A stretch of DNA of 19,848 bases from an uncultured Deferribacteres bacterium (GCA_964014485.1 CAXHAT010000151.1:1-19848); one strand, 5' to 3'; positions 1-9,107 are shown, counted from the first letter of the stretch. Notes: generated by a model from the sequence alone, not told the origin. Translations and numbers: made by a program.

Positions 1-156
1 TCAAAACGTCTTCTCTTCACTCAACGTCACGCTGCCGGATTAAGGCGTTTAAACGCGCCGTTCGATGCTCTTCATTCTGCGGATGCGGCGCGTTTTTACA
101 CATTTTCATTTCACTGCCGAACGCTCTCAAATTCCACCCTCAAAATATTCTTGTCC

Positions 157-2076
157 ATGATTCGATTTCTACTCAAAAACCAAACGGCGAAAAGCAGTCT
201 TCTCGCAGCGTTACTATTTTCAACCGGCGCCAGCGCCCAAGAATTGCGCGGCGTTTGGGTGACGAACGTCGCTTCGGACGTCATGAATTCGAAGCAAAAC
301 CTCGCCGAAGCGATGGATCTACTGGCCGAAACCGGAATCAACGCCATTTTCCCGGTAGTTTACAACAACGGCCACACGCTCTATCCAAGCTTGGTCATGG
401 AAGTCACGACGGGGATTCGAGTGCATCCTAATTTTTCCGGGCGCGACGTGCTGGCGGATATGATCGCGGAGGCGCATCGCGTTGGCATTGAAGTCCACCC
501 GTGGCTGGAGTATGGCTTCGTGGCCTCGTTCGGCTCGAATGGCGGGCCGATTTTAGCGAACCATCCGGATTGGGCGGGGAAGCGCCGATCCACCGGCGAC
601 GCACGCTCTGACGACAATTTTTACTGGATGAGTCAGGCGAACCCGGACGTGCAAAACTTCTTGATCGATCTGGCCTTGGAAATCATCGATTTTTACGACG
701 TGGACGGCGTTCAACTTGACCGCGTTCGTTACGGCAACATTCACAACAACGGCGACGCTTGCTGCGTCGCGTCGGATTTTGGCTATGACGACGCGCACCT
801 GGAGCGTTACCGCGCCGAAAACAACAACGCCGATCCGCCAACCAATCCTGCAAACGCCGCCTGGAAGGATTGGCGCGCCGGAGTGCTGGCTGATTTTCAC
901 CAAAAATTCTACGACGCCGTCAAGGAAATCAATCCGCACATCATGGTCTCAAACGCGCCGGTGGTTTTTCCTTACGGATTCGATAATTTCATGCAAGATT
1001 GGCTGATTTGGGTTGAAGAAGGCAGCGTCGATTTCGTTGCGCCGCAGCTTTATCGGCGGGACGTCGGGTCGTACGTTTTTGAGCTTAACAAAGTCGTCAA
1101 CCAGCAGGTTCCGCAGGCCGTGGACAAGGTTTTCGCCGGGATGCTCATTCGCAGCGGCGACTACAACGCCAGCGGTCATTTGGCGGCGGATTTTGTACAG
1201 GAATACCGCAAAAAAGGCGTATCCGGCGGCGTCTTCTGGTTTTTCGAAGGAATGGAACAAGTCGCACCGACTCTGAAAAACGAGGTTTTTAGCGAGCCGA
1301 GCCGCCCGCCGTTTCGCGATACGCTTTGGCGGCCAAAAGCGATCATTGTTGAGGAAGATGATCCAAACAATACCCGGAGCGGCGAGTGGTCAGCGCTTGC
1401 AGGCGAGGGGCGGGACGGATTTTACAGTTTTGATGGACGGCTTTTGACGGCTACGGGAAATTCAGGCGCAACGATTCAGTACGCCGCGAATATTCCGGCG
1501 ACAGGCTACTTTGACATTTATTTTCACAAGCCTTTCAACAATCAGTTGGGCGCAGCCGTGCCGCTCAAATTGCTCGACGGCTCGAACGTGACCGTTTCCG
1601 TTAAGGAAGATAATGAATTCGATCGCGGGTGGACGTTCGTCGCCACGATGTTTTTTCAGGAAGGACTTCAGCCCGTTCTCGAAATCGGCACGACGGGCGT
1701 TTCGATCAACAAGCTCACCGCCGCGGACGCAGTTATGCTCAAAATCAACCGCCTGCTCAGCCCGGAGGCCATCATCACGTCCGCTGTTAAATCGCCAAGA
1801 TCAAGCATTCCGGCGGAATTCCGGCTTGAGCAAAACTTCCCGAATCCTTTCAATCCGTCAACCACGATTCGCTTCCAAATTCCGAAACAAGAATATGTGC
1901 AATTGCGCGTTTTTGACCTCGCCGGTCGTCTCGTTTCAACGCTTGTCGACCGAGTCGTTTCGCCCGGCGTTCATTCCGTCCGATTTGCACCGCAAAATCT
2001 CGCCAGCGGGTTGTATTTTTACCGACTCAAAACTGCGCATTTCACGCAAATGCGCAAGCTCGCCGTTTTGAAATAA
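157..2076 (+). CDS. Secreted glycoside hydrolase, GHL10 (YddW/DigH-like) family, with golvesin/Xly CBD-like domain and C-terminal T9SS type-A/FlgD-like sorting domain (639 aa)
   Basis: Signal peptide ending ASA-Q. GHL10 motifs ELRGVWV, D.LA.MI.EAH..GIEVHPW.E, YDVDGVQLD..RY and G.VDF.APQLY. Beta-sandwich IIVEED...GYFDIY...GW...ADAVML (about 1342-1743). Tail FRLEQNFPNPFNPSTTIRF...LASGLYFYRL (from about 1816). ATG at 157 preferred over TTG at 151. Confidence 0.85.
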   Translation: MIRFLLKNQTAKSSLLAALLFSTGASAQELRGVWVTNVASDVMNSKQNLAEAMDLLAETGINAIFPVVYNNGHTLYPSLVMEVTTGIRVHPNFSGRDVLADMIAEAHRVGIEVHPWLEYGFVASFGSNGGPILANHPDWAGKRRSTGDARSDDNFYWMSQANPDVQNFLIDLALEIIDFYDVDGVQLDRVRYGNIHNNGDACCVASDFGYDDAHLERYRAENNNADPPTNPANAAWKDWRAGVLADFHQKFYDAVKEINPHIMVSNAPVVFPYGFDNFMQDWLIWVEEGSVDFVAPQLYRRDVGSYVFELNKVVNQQVPQAVDKVFAGMLIRSGDYNASGHLAADFVQEYRKKGVSGGVFWFFEGMEQVAPTLKNEVFSEPSRPPFRDTLWRPKAIIVEEDDPNNTRSGEWSALAGEGRDGFYSFDGRLLTATGNSGATIQYAANIPATGYFDIYFHKPFNNQLGAAVPLKLLDGSNVTVSVKEDNEFDRGWTFVATMFFQEGLQPVLEIGTTGVSINKLTAADAVMLKINRLLSPEAIITSAVKSPRSSIPAEFRLEQNFPNPFNPSTTIRFQIPKQEYVQLRVFDLAGRLVSTLVDRVVSPGVHSVRFAPQNLASGLYFYRLKTAHFTQMRKLAVLK

Positions 2077-2116
2077 TCCAATTACGTAACTGATGTTACG
2101 CAAAGCTTCCAACATT

Positions 2117-2145
2117 TTGAAAATGCTTGGTATAGCTTCTAAAAT
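2117..2145 (+). promoter_or_regulatory. Putative sigma70 promoter of sbcDC
   Basis: TTGAAA (2117-2122), 17-nt spacer, TAAAAT (2140-2145). Both hexamers match consensus 5/6. RBS GAGGA at 2168-2172 precedes ATG 2178. Confidence 0.65.
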
Positions 2146-2177
2146 TTGGAACAATGCCTTCTCATTTGAGGAACTAA

Positions 2178-3341
2178 ATGCGATTTCTACACACCGCCGA
2201 CTGGCACCTTGGCAGCCGTTTGGCCGGGTATAGCCGCGATGAAGAATTATTCGCACAAGTTGAACGAATTTGTCAAATCGCCGCTAAAAATAACGTCGAG
2301 GCGCTCCTTGTCGCCGGCGACGTGTTTGACAACCGCCGACGCCTGGCTGAACTCACGAAACGCTTGGCGCAAATTCTCGCGCCGCATGTTCGCAACGGCA
2401 TGCACGTTATTCTCGCTTCTGGGAATCACGATGACCGAGAGCATTTTCGCATGTTGGCGTCCTTGCTCGCGCTTGAACAGGGGCGGAGCGAGTTGATTCA
2501 CATCGTGCAAAAGCCGCAAATTTTGTCGATCAATGACGTGCAATTCGGAATTGTTCCCTACCCCACGCGAGAGTTGCTACAGCCGCATCAACCGGAGATT
2601 ACCGGCAAGGCGGGCAGGCGCAAAATTCTGAGCACCGCTTTTGCAGAACTTGTCGCCGATGTCGCCGCCGGGTTTGACGCTGAAAAACAGGCGGTTTTGG
2701 TCACGCACGCAACAATTGCAGGCGTAAAGTCCGCCAGCGATCGCGAATTAACTTATGATGAAGACATTGTGCTTGGCGCTAAAGATTTTCCGTCGCATCC
2801 CAACCTGGCTTACATCGCACTTGGGCATATTCACCAGCCGCAGCAGATTCCCCACGCCGTCCCGTGTTATTACAGCGGCAGTATCGACCGGTTGAACTTT
2901 GGCGAAAAAAATGACGCCAAGAGCGTCTTCGTCGTCGATCTTGGAAAAGAGCAAAGCGCGAACGTTCAGAAAATTGAATTGGACGCGACGCCTTTCTACG
3001 ATCTGACGATTGATGCTCAGGAAATCGAATCCTTGCCGGAGAATTACCGGGACATTGATCGCGCATTTTTCAAGTTTCAAGTTAATTGCGCTGCGGGCGA
3101 CAACCCAATCATGCTCCAAAGACGCTTGCGTGAGCTCTGCCCGCGTTGTCTCGATGTGCAATTCTCCGGCGAAGGCGTCACGTTGTTGAGTTTAAACGCG
3201 CCGGAAAATTCCGAAGATTACCGCACAACGGCGCTCGACTACGTTCGCGAAAAATTTGCCGACGATCCTGATCTGCCGGATTTGGAACGACGCGCCGAAA
3301 CGCTCATTCGAGAGGTGGACGATGTTGCTGCAGCGGCTTGA
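2178..3341 (+). CDS. sbcD: SbcD/Mre11-family metallophosphoesterase nuclease (387 aa)
   Basis: Motifs LHTADWHLG, LVAGDVFD, SGNHD, VTH, YIALGHIH and YSGSIDRLNFGE. Lies directly upstream of a Rad50-like ATPase. Confidence 0.92.
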   Translation: MRFLHTADWHLGSRLAGYSRDEELFAQVERICQIAAKNNVEALLVAGDVFDNRRRLAELTKRLAQILAPHVRNGMHVILASGNHDDREHFRMLASLLALEQGRSELIHIVQKPQILSINDVQFGIVPYPTRELLQPHQPEITGKAGRRKILSTAFAELVADVAAGFDAEKQAVLVTHATIAGVKSASDRELTYDEDIVLGAKDFPSHPNLAYIALGHIHQPQQIPHAVPCYYSGSIDRLNFGEKNDAKSVFVVDLGKEQSANVQKIELDATPFYDLTIDAQEIESLPENYRDIDRAFFKFQVNCAAGDNPIMLQRRLRELCPRCLDVQFSGEGVTLLSLNAPENSEDYRTTALDYVREKFADDPDLPDLERRAETLIREVDDVAAAA

Positions 3342-6300
3342 GCTGACGGGGTTTCTCAGTCATTTCGGACGCGAAACCGGCGAGGGTGAAATCGAGCCGG
3401 TTGAAATTGATTTCCGCTCCGCTTCACTTTGGCTGATTCACGGCCCCAACGGCGCGGGCAAAAGCGCTTTGTTCGACGCCATCACCTTCGCGCTGTATAA
3501 ATTTCATCGCGGTGGCAAAACCGGTTTTCAGCGATTGATTCATGATGAAGCGAAAAAAGCAGAGATTGCGCTGGAAATCCAACTGCAAGGCAAGGATTAT
3601 CTCATCCAGCGCTCTATCGCCAGAACTTCGAAAGGCGCTCGCGTTTGGGGGATTGTCAGACGGCGCGGAAAAGATGGTTGGACGGCGATTCCAGGCACGG
3701 AAAACAAGGTCGAGCGCTGGGTGGGAGAACGTCTGCGCTTCAACGAAAAAACCTTTTCAATGGCCGCGCTTTTGAGGCAGGGCGAAGCTGACGCCTTTCT
3801 CAAGGCGCCCCCCGCCGAGCGCAAAGAACATCTGCTCGAACTGCTTGATCTTACATTTTATCAAAAACTTGGCGAAGCCGCGCTCCGGAGTCAAAAAGAA
3901 TGGCGAAATGAAGTTGAAAAACGACGCCACAAAGTTGAGGATGCGGAGGAGGTTTCTCCCTCGCATTTGAAAAACTTTGAGCAAGAAACAAGCGAATGCC
4001 AGGCTGCTTTTGCATGCGCCCAAAAGCTGGCGGGCGCCAAAGAAAAAGCGCTTGCGAACGCACGAGCGGCGCAGGAACTGACCGAGCAGATTGAAGCGCA
4101 CCAAAAAAAGCAAGCTGACGATGAAAAATTGCTTTCGCGTGCGGAAGAAATTCGGCGGCAGGCCAAACGCTACCACGTGCTTGCTTCAACGCTGCCCCTG
4201 CTTGATGCATTTTGGCAAGCCCAAAATCGGTTAGCTGACGAGGAATCGCGCCTGCAAAAATTAAAGCATGAGCTTTCTGAAGCCGACGAAAGTCTGACAA
4301 AACTGGCGCGACAACTCGACGAAATCAGACCAAAAGAAATGAAATTGCGAACACAAGTCGAGAGTCTGGGAGAAAAAAACGCGGCTTTAAAGGAGCGGCG
4401 CGTTGAGCTTTCGCAGCAGCTTGACCAGGTAGAACGCATTGACAGCCTTTATCGCGAAATACAAAAAGCGCAAGACGCTTTCGCAAAGCACGCAGACGTT
4501 TTTGAGCAAGCCGAAGAAATTGAAGCGCGTTTTCAACGCTTGACCGAACTGCGCGACGCAATCCCCAAACTAGAAGATTTGGAGAAAGAGCAGGATCGGT
4601 TTATTCAAGATCAGGAAGCTCAGGACGAAGCTCACGAGAAGCGCAGCGCGGCTGAACAAGAGTTGGGAAAGCGCAAAAAAACGCTGTTTTCGACTGAGAA
4701 GAATCTACGCTCTGAAAAAAATGCGGTTGCCGAAATTGACCAAACGATCAACACAACACGTCGCGAGCTTGCGGTCTTGCGAGATAAACTCAATCGACGA
4801 AAAGGCGTTGCGGAAGAAGTCGAATGCCCGACTTGCGGCAGCTCGCTGGATTCGGAAGAATCGAAACGCCGCATCAGCACGCAGTGTGCGCACTGGGCGG
4901 AGCAGTTAGAAAAGCTCGAAGAACTTGAAGGCGATCAAACGCTGCGTCTTGAGCATGTCCGAAAGACTTTTGAAAAAACTGAACGGGTTTTAGCTGAAGA
5001 AGAAGCTGCGGTTAACGATTCAGAAAAAACAGTCACGCAGGCGGCGAGCGCTTGTGAACATGCAGAAAAAACGGTGGAACGTCAAAAGAGCGCAGTGCAG
5101 GCGGCCTTGGAGAAATGCGGCTCATGGGCAAAGGAACTGCCGAATTTAACGCTGCTGAAAACCGAGGCGGAAGAGTTGCGCACGGTCGAAGCGTTAAAGA
5201 AAAAATTGAAAACGGCGCAGGAAACAAAGGTGCAAATCGAAGCGACGATTTCGGCCTGTAACTCTCAGCTTGCCGAAACGCCGAACTGGAGCGGCGAGGA
5301 ACGCGCGGCAATTCGGCGCCGTCACAAGGAGATTGAAAGTGAAATTGGTGAATGCGAGGCGTTGCTTGAAGCGACAGAACGCAATTTTATGGCTGAGAAA
5401 AATAGTCGGAAGTCGCTGGAGAAAAAAACGCACGAATCTTCCGCGCTCAAAAACACGCTCGAATCTCGTTTGGCGGACGGCGTCGAACGAAAGCTGACCG
5501 CCGAAAGTGAATTGAAACGTCAACGCAAGGCATTGCCTGAAGACTGGCGTAAACACACAGCGTGCGAAGACGAAAACGCTCTGGAAGATTTGAAAACCGA
5601 GTACAAAGCATTGGCTGACGCAAAGACGCTGGAGGTTGAGTTGCACGCCGCCAATGAGCGAGCCAACAGGATCGTCGGAGCGCTTAGGATTTTGGAAAAA
5701 CGCCTTGCTGACATTCCAAAATCAGACCGCCGTCCAGTTTCAAAAGCCGAGCAGGAGATGGAAGAAGCAACGGTGAATTTGAATGCCGCCGAGCAAAAAC
5801 TCAACGAGACGCGGCAAGACTTGCTCGAATTGCAGAACCGCAAAAAGCTGTACGATTTGCAAATCTCTGAGCTAAAAGAGGCCGAGCTCGAGCTGGGTTA
5901 TGCTCAAAAATTGGCCAAAGCGTACGGGCGGGACGGCTTGCAGGCTCGGATTATTCAGCAGGCGCAAGATCGAATAAAAACATTCGCCAATGACACGTTG
6001 AGCAGATTGAGCAACGGCGCTTGGCAAATCGAATTGCAAGAGCGTGAGCAAAACACGTCGGAATTGGAAATTCTCGCTCGCGATTTACGTCATCCCGGAG
6101 CGCCTTTGCGGTCTTTTGAATATTTGAGCGGCGGTGAAAAGTTTCGCGTTGCGATTAGCATTGCCGTCGCCATCGGCCAAGCGGTCTCCGGCGGGCGAAC
6201 GGTCGAAACGCTCATTATCGACGAAGGGTTTGGGGCGTTGGACGAAGTCAATCGCAGCTTACTCGTGCAGGAATTGCATCGTTTAAGCGAACAAGTGTTG

Positions 6301-6417
6301 AAGGGAGGACGCGTCATTGTCGTTTCGCACCAGGACGACGTGTGTGACGAATTCGGCAGTCGTATCCGGCTCAATCGCGAAGGCAGCGGCGGCGTTTCCG
6401 TGGAGCGTTCGTTTTAA
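3322..6417 (+). CDS. sbcC: SbcC/Rad50 SMC-like ATPase (1031 aa)
   Basis: Walker A GPNGAGKS, Q-loop LRQGE, long coiled coil with central zinc hook CPTC (4825-4836), signature LSGGE, Walker B/D-loop LIIDEGFGALD, H-loop VSH. Start moved to ATG 3322 (GAGGTGG at 3312-3318; MLLQRLEL is a typical N-terminus). Overlaps sbcD by 20 nt. Confidence 0.92.
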   Translation: MLLQRLELTGFLSHFGRETGEGEIEPVEIDFRSASLWLIHGPNGAGKSALFDAITFALYKFHRGGKTGFQRLIHDEAKKAEIALEIQLQGKDYLIQRSIARTSKGARVWGIVRRRGKDGWTAIPGTENKVERWVGERLRFNEKTFSMAALLRQGEADAFLKAPPAERKEHLLELLDLTFYQKLGEAALRSQKEWRNEVEKRRHKVEDAEEVSPSHLKNFEQETSECQAAFACAQKLAGAKEKALANARAAQELTEQIEAHQKKQADDEKLLSRAEEIRRQAKRYHVLASTLPLLDAFWQAQNRLADEESRLQKLKHELSEADESLTKLARQLDEIRPKEMKLRTQVESLGEKNAALKERRVELSQQLDQVERIDSLYREIQKAQDAFAKHADVFEQAEEIEARFQRLTELRDAIPKLEDLEKEQDRFIQDQEAQDEAHEKRSAAEQELGKRKKTLFSTEKNLRSEKNAVAEIDQTINTTRRELAVLRDKLNRRKGVAEEVECPTCGSSLDSEESKRRISTQCAHWAEQLEKLEELEGDQTLRLEHVRKTFEKTERVLAEEEAAVNDSEKTVTQAASACEHAEKTVERQKSAVQAALEKCGSWAKELPNLTLLKTEAEELRTVEALKKKLKTAQETKVQIEATISACNSQLAETPNWSGEERAAIRRRHKEIESEIGECEALLEATERNFMAEKNSRKSLEKKTHESSALKNTLESRLADGVERKLTAESELKRQRKALPEDWRKHTACEDENALEDLKTEYKALADAKTLEVELHAANERANRIVGALRILEKRLADIPKSDRRPVSKAEQEMEEATVNLNAAEQKLNETRQDLLELQNRKKLYDLQISELKEAELELGYAQKLAKAYGRDGLQARIIQQAQDRIKTFANDTLSRLSNGAWQIELQEREQNTSELEILARDLRHPGAPLRSFEYLSGGEKFRVAISIAVAIGQAVSGGRTVETLIIDEGFGALDEVNRSLLVQELHRLSEQVLKGGRVIVVSHQDDVCDEFGSRIRLNREGSGGVSVERSF

Positions 6418-6461
6418 CCAAGATTTTTTTTGGGGGGGGAGGTATTCGCGTTTATTTCCAA

Positions 6462-7619
6462 TCACGCGAAATCGACGATACGGCGCTGGACGTATGCTCT
6501 GGCCCAGGCGTCAGCGGTCAGGATAGTTTCGAGGTCTTCGGTCGGAGAAGTTTGGTGGGTTTGCAGCGCTTCATCGACGAGTTGGGGGATTTGGATGAAA
6601 CCGATTTTCCTATCCAGAAACGCGTAAACGGCTTCTTCATTGGCCGCGTTTAAGACAGCCGGCGCCGTTCCGCCGACCTGCAGCGTTTGGAAGGCGAGCT
6701 TGAGGGAACGAAATTTTTCCAAATCCGGCTCGAAGAATGTCAATTGATTGAATTTCACAAAATCCATACGCGGCAGCGAATTTGGCAAACGTTCGGGATA
6801 AGTCAACGCGTATTGAATCGGCAGCCGCATGTCGGGCAGGCCAAGCTGCGCCTTGATCGAGCTGTCCGAGAATTCAACCATCGAATGAATGATCGATTGC
6901 GGGTGAATCAAGACGGAAATCTGGTCTGCGGTGACGTCAAAAAGCCAGAACGCCTCGATGACTTCCAGCCCTTTATTCATCAGCGTCGCCGAGTCGATGG
7001 TTATTTTTTTGCCCATCGCCCAATTGGGGTGCCGCAGCGCACGCTCAACGGTCACTTCTCGAAATTCTTCTTTGGGTAATTCACGAAACGGCCCGCCTGA
7101 AGCGGTCAAAATCAACCTTTCGACGTCACTTTCCTTTTCGCCGACGACGCACTGCCACAGAGCGCTGTGCTCGCTGTCGATCGGGATCAAGCGCGCATTG
7201 TTTGCTTGCACTAGAGTGGTGACCAAGCGTCCCCCGGCAACGAGCGTTTCCTTATTCGCCAGAGCAATGGTTTTACCGTTTTTCGCCGCTGCAATCGTCG
7301 GCTTTAGCCCCGCCGCGCCAACGACGGCGTTCACGAGAATATCGTAGTCGTTCTCTCCGGCAAGCGCTTCAAGAACGTCAGCGCCCACGAGCAATTCCAC
7401 GCCAATTTCACGAAAACGAGCAAACCATTCGGTTGCGACATTTTCGCTGACGAGAGCGGCTCTATCGGGTTTGCACTGCTTCGAAAGCTCGAATAAAGAT
7501 TCAATATTCGAATAGGCGGCGACTGATTTTATCAGAAACTTTTCCTCGAATCGCCGCACAATATCAATACAATTTTTCCCGATAGAGCCTGTTGCTCCAA
7601 GAAGGCAGATCGATTTCAT
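6462..7619 (-). CDS. dxr: 1-deoxy-D-xylulose 5-phosphate reductoisomerase (MEP pathway)
   Basis: Motifs LGATGSIG, ALANKE, PIDSEHSA, LTASGGPFR, HPNWAMGKKITIDSATLMNKGLEVIEA and LNAANE. Confidence 0.97.
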   Translation of the reverse strand: MKSICLLGATGSIGKNCIDIVRRFEEKFLIKSVAAYSNIESLFELSKQCKPDRAALVSENVATEWFARFREIGVELLVGADVLEALAGENDYDILVNAVVGAAGLKPTIAAAKNGKTIALANKETLVAGGRLVTTLVQANNARLIPIDSEHSALWQCVVGEKESDVERLILTASGGPFRELPKEEFREVTVERALRHPNWAMGKKITIDSATLMNKGLEVIEAFWLFDVTADQISVLIHPQSIIHSMVEFSDSSIKAQLGLPDMRLPIQYALTYPERLPNSLPRMDFVKFNQLTFFEPDLEKFRSLKLAFQTLQVGGTAPAVLNAANEEAVYAFLDRKIGFIQIPQLVDEALQTHQTSPTEDLETILTADAWARAYVQRRIVDFA

Positions 7620-7620
7620 T

Positions 7621-8451
7621 TTATCTGATGGAGAATGTGGCGCCCGCAGTCACGTTCTGAAATTCGCCAAAATTATATTCGGCGTTGATTTTGAAAACGG
7701 ACAAGTTCAGCGTTGCGCCAAGCGTCGTGTGCGTGCTTGAACCGTCAAATGCGGCGGTGAAGCCGTCAGGGAGGAAACTCTCAATGGGTGCAATTTGGAT
7801 GGTCAGATCGGTTCTGTCGTAGCCATAGCCCAAGTAGAACGTCAGCATGGAAATGTCCTGGCTTATGAAGCCTTTCAAACTCAAAACAGAAACGTCGCCA
7901 AAGTCAAAATCTTCCGGGACGATGAGGACTTGGTAGCCTGCAAGCAGTACAATGTTGGGGCGATTCGGATTTTGCACGAGGCCGTACTTCAAAGCGCCGC
8001 CGATGAGCGTCACTTCTTCTCGCAGCGGGCGTTCGCCGACTGGATAATGAAAGCATCGCGCGTTCACTTCCAGATTGCCCGGAAGTCCAAGGCTTGCCGT
8101 AATGAACGGGTAGCCAAGAACGTCTTCATTGTCGAACGGGCCCAATGGCACGTCTGGATCCGGCAAATCACCGATCAAATTGCCGAACTCGTCGGGAACA
8201 ATGGCAGCCGGGAATCTGACGCCTACATCGAATCCGCCGAGCTTGTGAACTCGCGCCGTGTTCACAAACCCGGCCCCGCCGATCGAGCCAAAGAAACCAA
8301 GAATGGGCTCGGCCAGCATTTGCACCTGTTCTTCAATGTTCCCAGGCCCGATGAACGGGTCTAAATCAAATACCTGCGCACCCGCTTTCCCGGTTGCCAG
8401 CGCGAATGTTGCCGTTAAAACCAAAACACTTTTCACAATCGACTTTTTCAT
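7621..8451 (-). CDS. Putative outer-membrane beta-barrel protein, DUF6588-like (276 aa)
   Basis: Signal peptide (AGA-Q). N-terminal G.G.GF.NTA..HK.GGFDVG segment recalled from DUF6588-type proteins. Alternating amphipathic strands up to the C-terminus (..KINAEYNFG..VTAGATFSIR). RBS GAGGAG at 8458-8463. The gene looks real; the family name is less certain. Confidence 0.6.
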   Translation of the reverse strand: MKKSIVKSVLVLTATFALATGKAGAQVFDLDPFIGPGNIEEQVQMLAEPILGFFGSIGGAGFVNTARVHKLGGFDVGVRFPAAIVPDEFGNLIGDLPDPDVPLGPFDNEDVLGYPFITASLGLPGNLEVNARCFHYPVGERPLREEVTLIGGALKYGLVQNPNRPNIVLLAGYQVLIVPEDFDFGDVSVLSLKGFISQDISMLTFYLGYGYDRTDLTIQIAPIESFLPDGFTAAFDGSSTHTTLGATLNLSVFKINAEYNFGEFQNVTAGATFSIR

Positions 8452-8560
8452 AAAGTACTCCTCTTTAGAGGGTGGCTAGTTTCCCCGTCAAAAAGCCGGG
8501 GGCGTTGAGAAATGTTTCAGTAAACCAAGGGAGTGGAGATGGAGAAAGAATTTTGTCGGG

Positions 8561-9049
8561 TTAAGTTCTGTCGATAATCGCGGCGGCAAGCTCTGCTTCC
8601 GTCGTCAGTTTCCCGTCGACGAATGCTTTGCCGTGCATTTTGCAAATGCTGCGTCGGAATTTAAGCATTTCAACTTCAAATCTAATTTGGTCGCCCGGGA
8701 TGACAGGCTTACGAAATTTCACTTTGTCCATTCCGGTAAAGAGAACGAGCTTTTCCTTCGGATTATCCGTTGCGTGCATCAACATCGAGCCTCCCACTTG
8801 CGCCATCGCTTCAACAATCAAGACGCCCGGCATAATCGGGCGGCCAGGGAAATGTCCGACAAAAAAGGGTTCGTTAATCGTCACATTTTTTATCCCGACG
8901 ACGCGTTTCATTGGAATCATTTCGATGATTCTGTCTACAAGCAAAAACGGATACCGGTGCGGCAGGATTTCAGACAAAGCTTGAGCATCCAAAATGACTC
9001 CGTTTTCATCAGCTTCAGAGCGCACTGCGCTTTTTTCATTTTCCGCCAT
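8561..9049 (-). CDS. fabZ: 3-hydroxyacyl-ACP dehydratase FabZ (stand-alone, 162 aa)
   Basis: Motifs LPHRYPFLLVDRI, KNVTINEPFF.GHFP..PIMPGVLIVEAMAQ and KFRKPV.PGD. Confidence 0.96.
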   Translation of the reverse strand: MAENEKSAVRSEADENGVILDAQALSEILPHRYPFLLVDRIIEMIPMKRVVGIKNVTINEPFFVGHFPGRPIMPGVLIVEAMAQVGGSMLMHATDNPKEKLVLFTGMDKVKFRKPVIPGDQIRFEVEMLKFRRSICKMHGKAFVDGKLTTEAELAAAIIDRT

Positions 9050-9078
9050 CAGTTTCTCACATGCTTAATCTGAATTTG

Positions 9079-9107
9079 ATTATCGAACGACAATAGTCGA
9101 GTGTAAA
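9079..9107 (-). promoter_or_regulatory. Putative internal sigma70 promoter for fabZ-OMP-dxr
   Basis: Minus strand TTTACA (9107-9102), 17-nt spacer, GATAAT (9084-9079), about 30 nt upstream of the fabZ ATG. Confidence 0.45.

Noticed and set aside
1..56. Possible 3' end of an upstream gene (QNVFSSLNVTLPD*, 2-43) and the palindrome GCGTTTAAACGC (45-56)
   Set aside because: Too short to support a call, and the palindrome has no loop or U-tract.
878..889. CCGGAGTGCTGG inside the hydrolase gene matching the terminal repeat
   Set aside because: A single 12-nt match in coding sequence (A-G-V-L), compatible with chance.
3256..3321. Longer N-terminus of sbcC from the ORF track
   Set aside because: Lies inside sbcD. 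The RBS and typical N-terminus point to ATG 3322.
2178..6417. Nuclease plus SMC ATPase as a defence system (Wadjet/Lamassu-like)
   Set aside because: All canonical Mre11 and Rad50 motifs, including the zinc hook, are present, and there is no kleisin, KITE or effector gene. This is ordinary SbcCD.
6424..6439. T8-G8 homopolymer pair between convergent sbcC and dxr
   Set aside because: It is downstream of both genes, so slippage would not alter a frame or promoter, and there is no convincing terminator stem.
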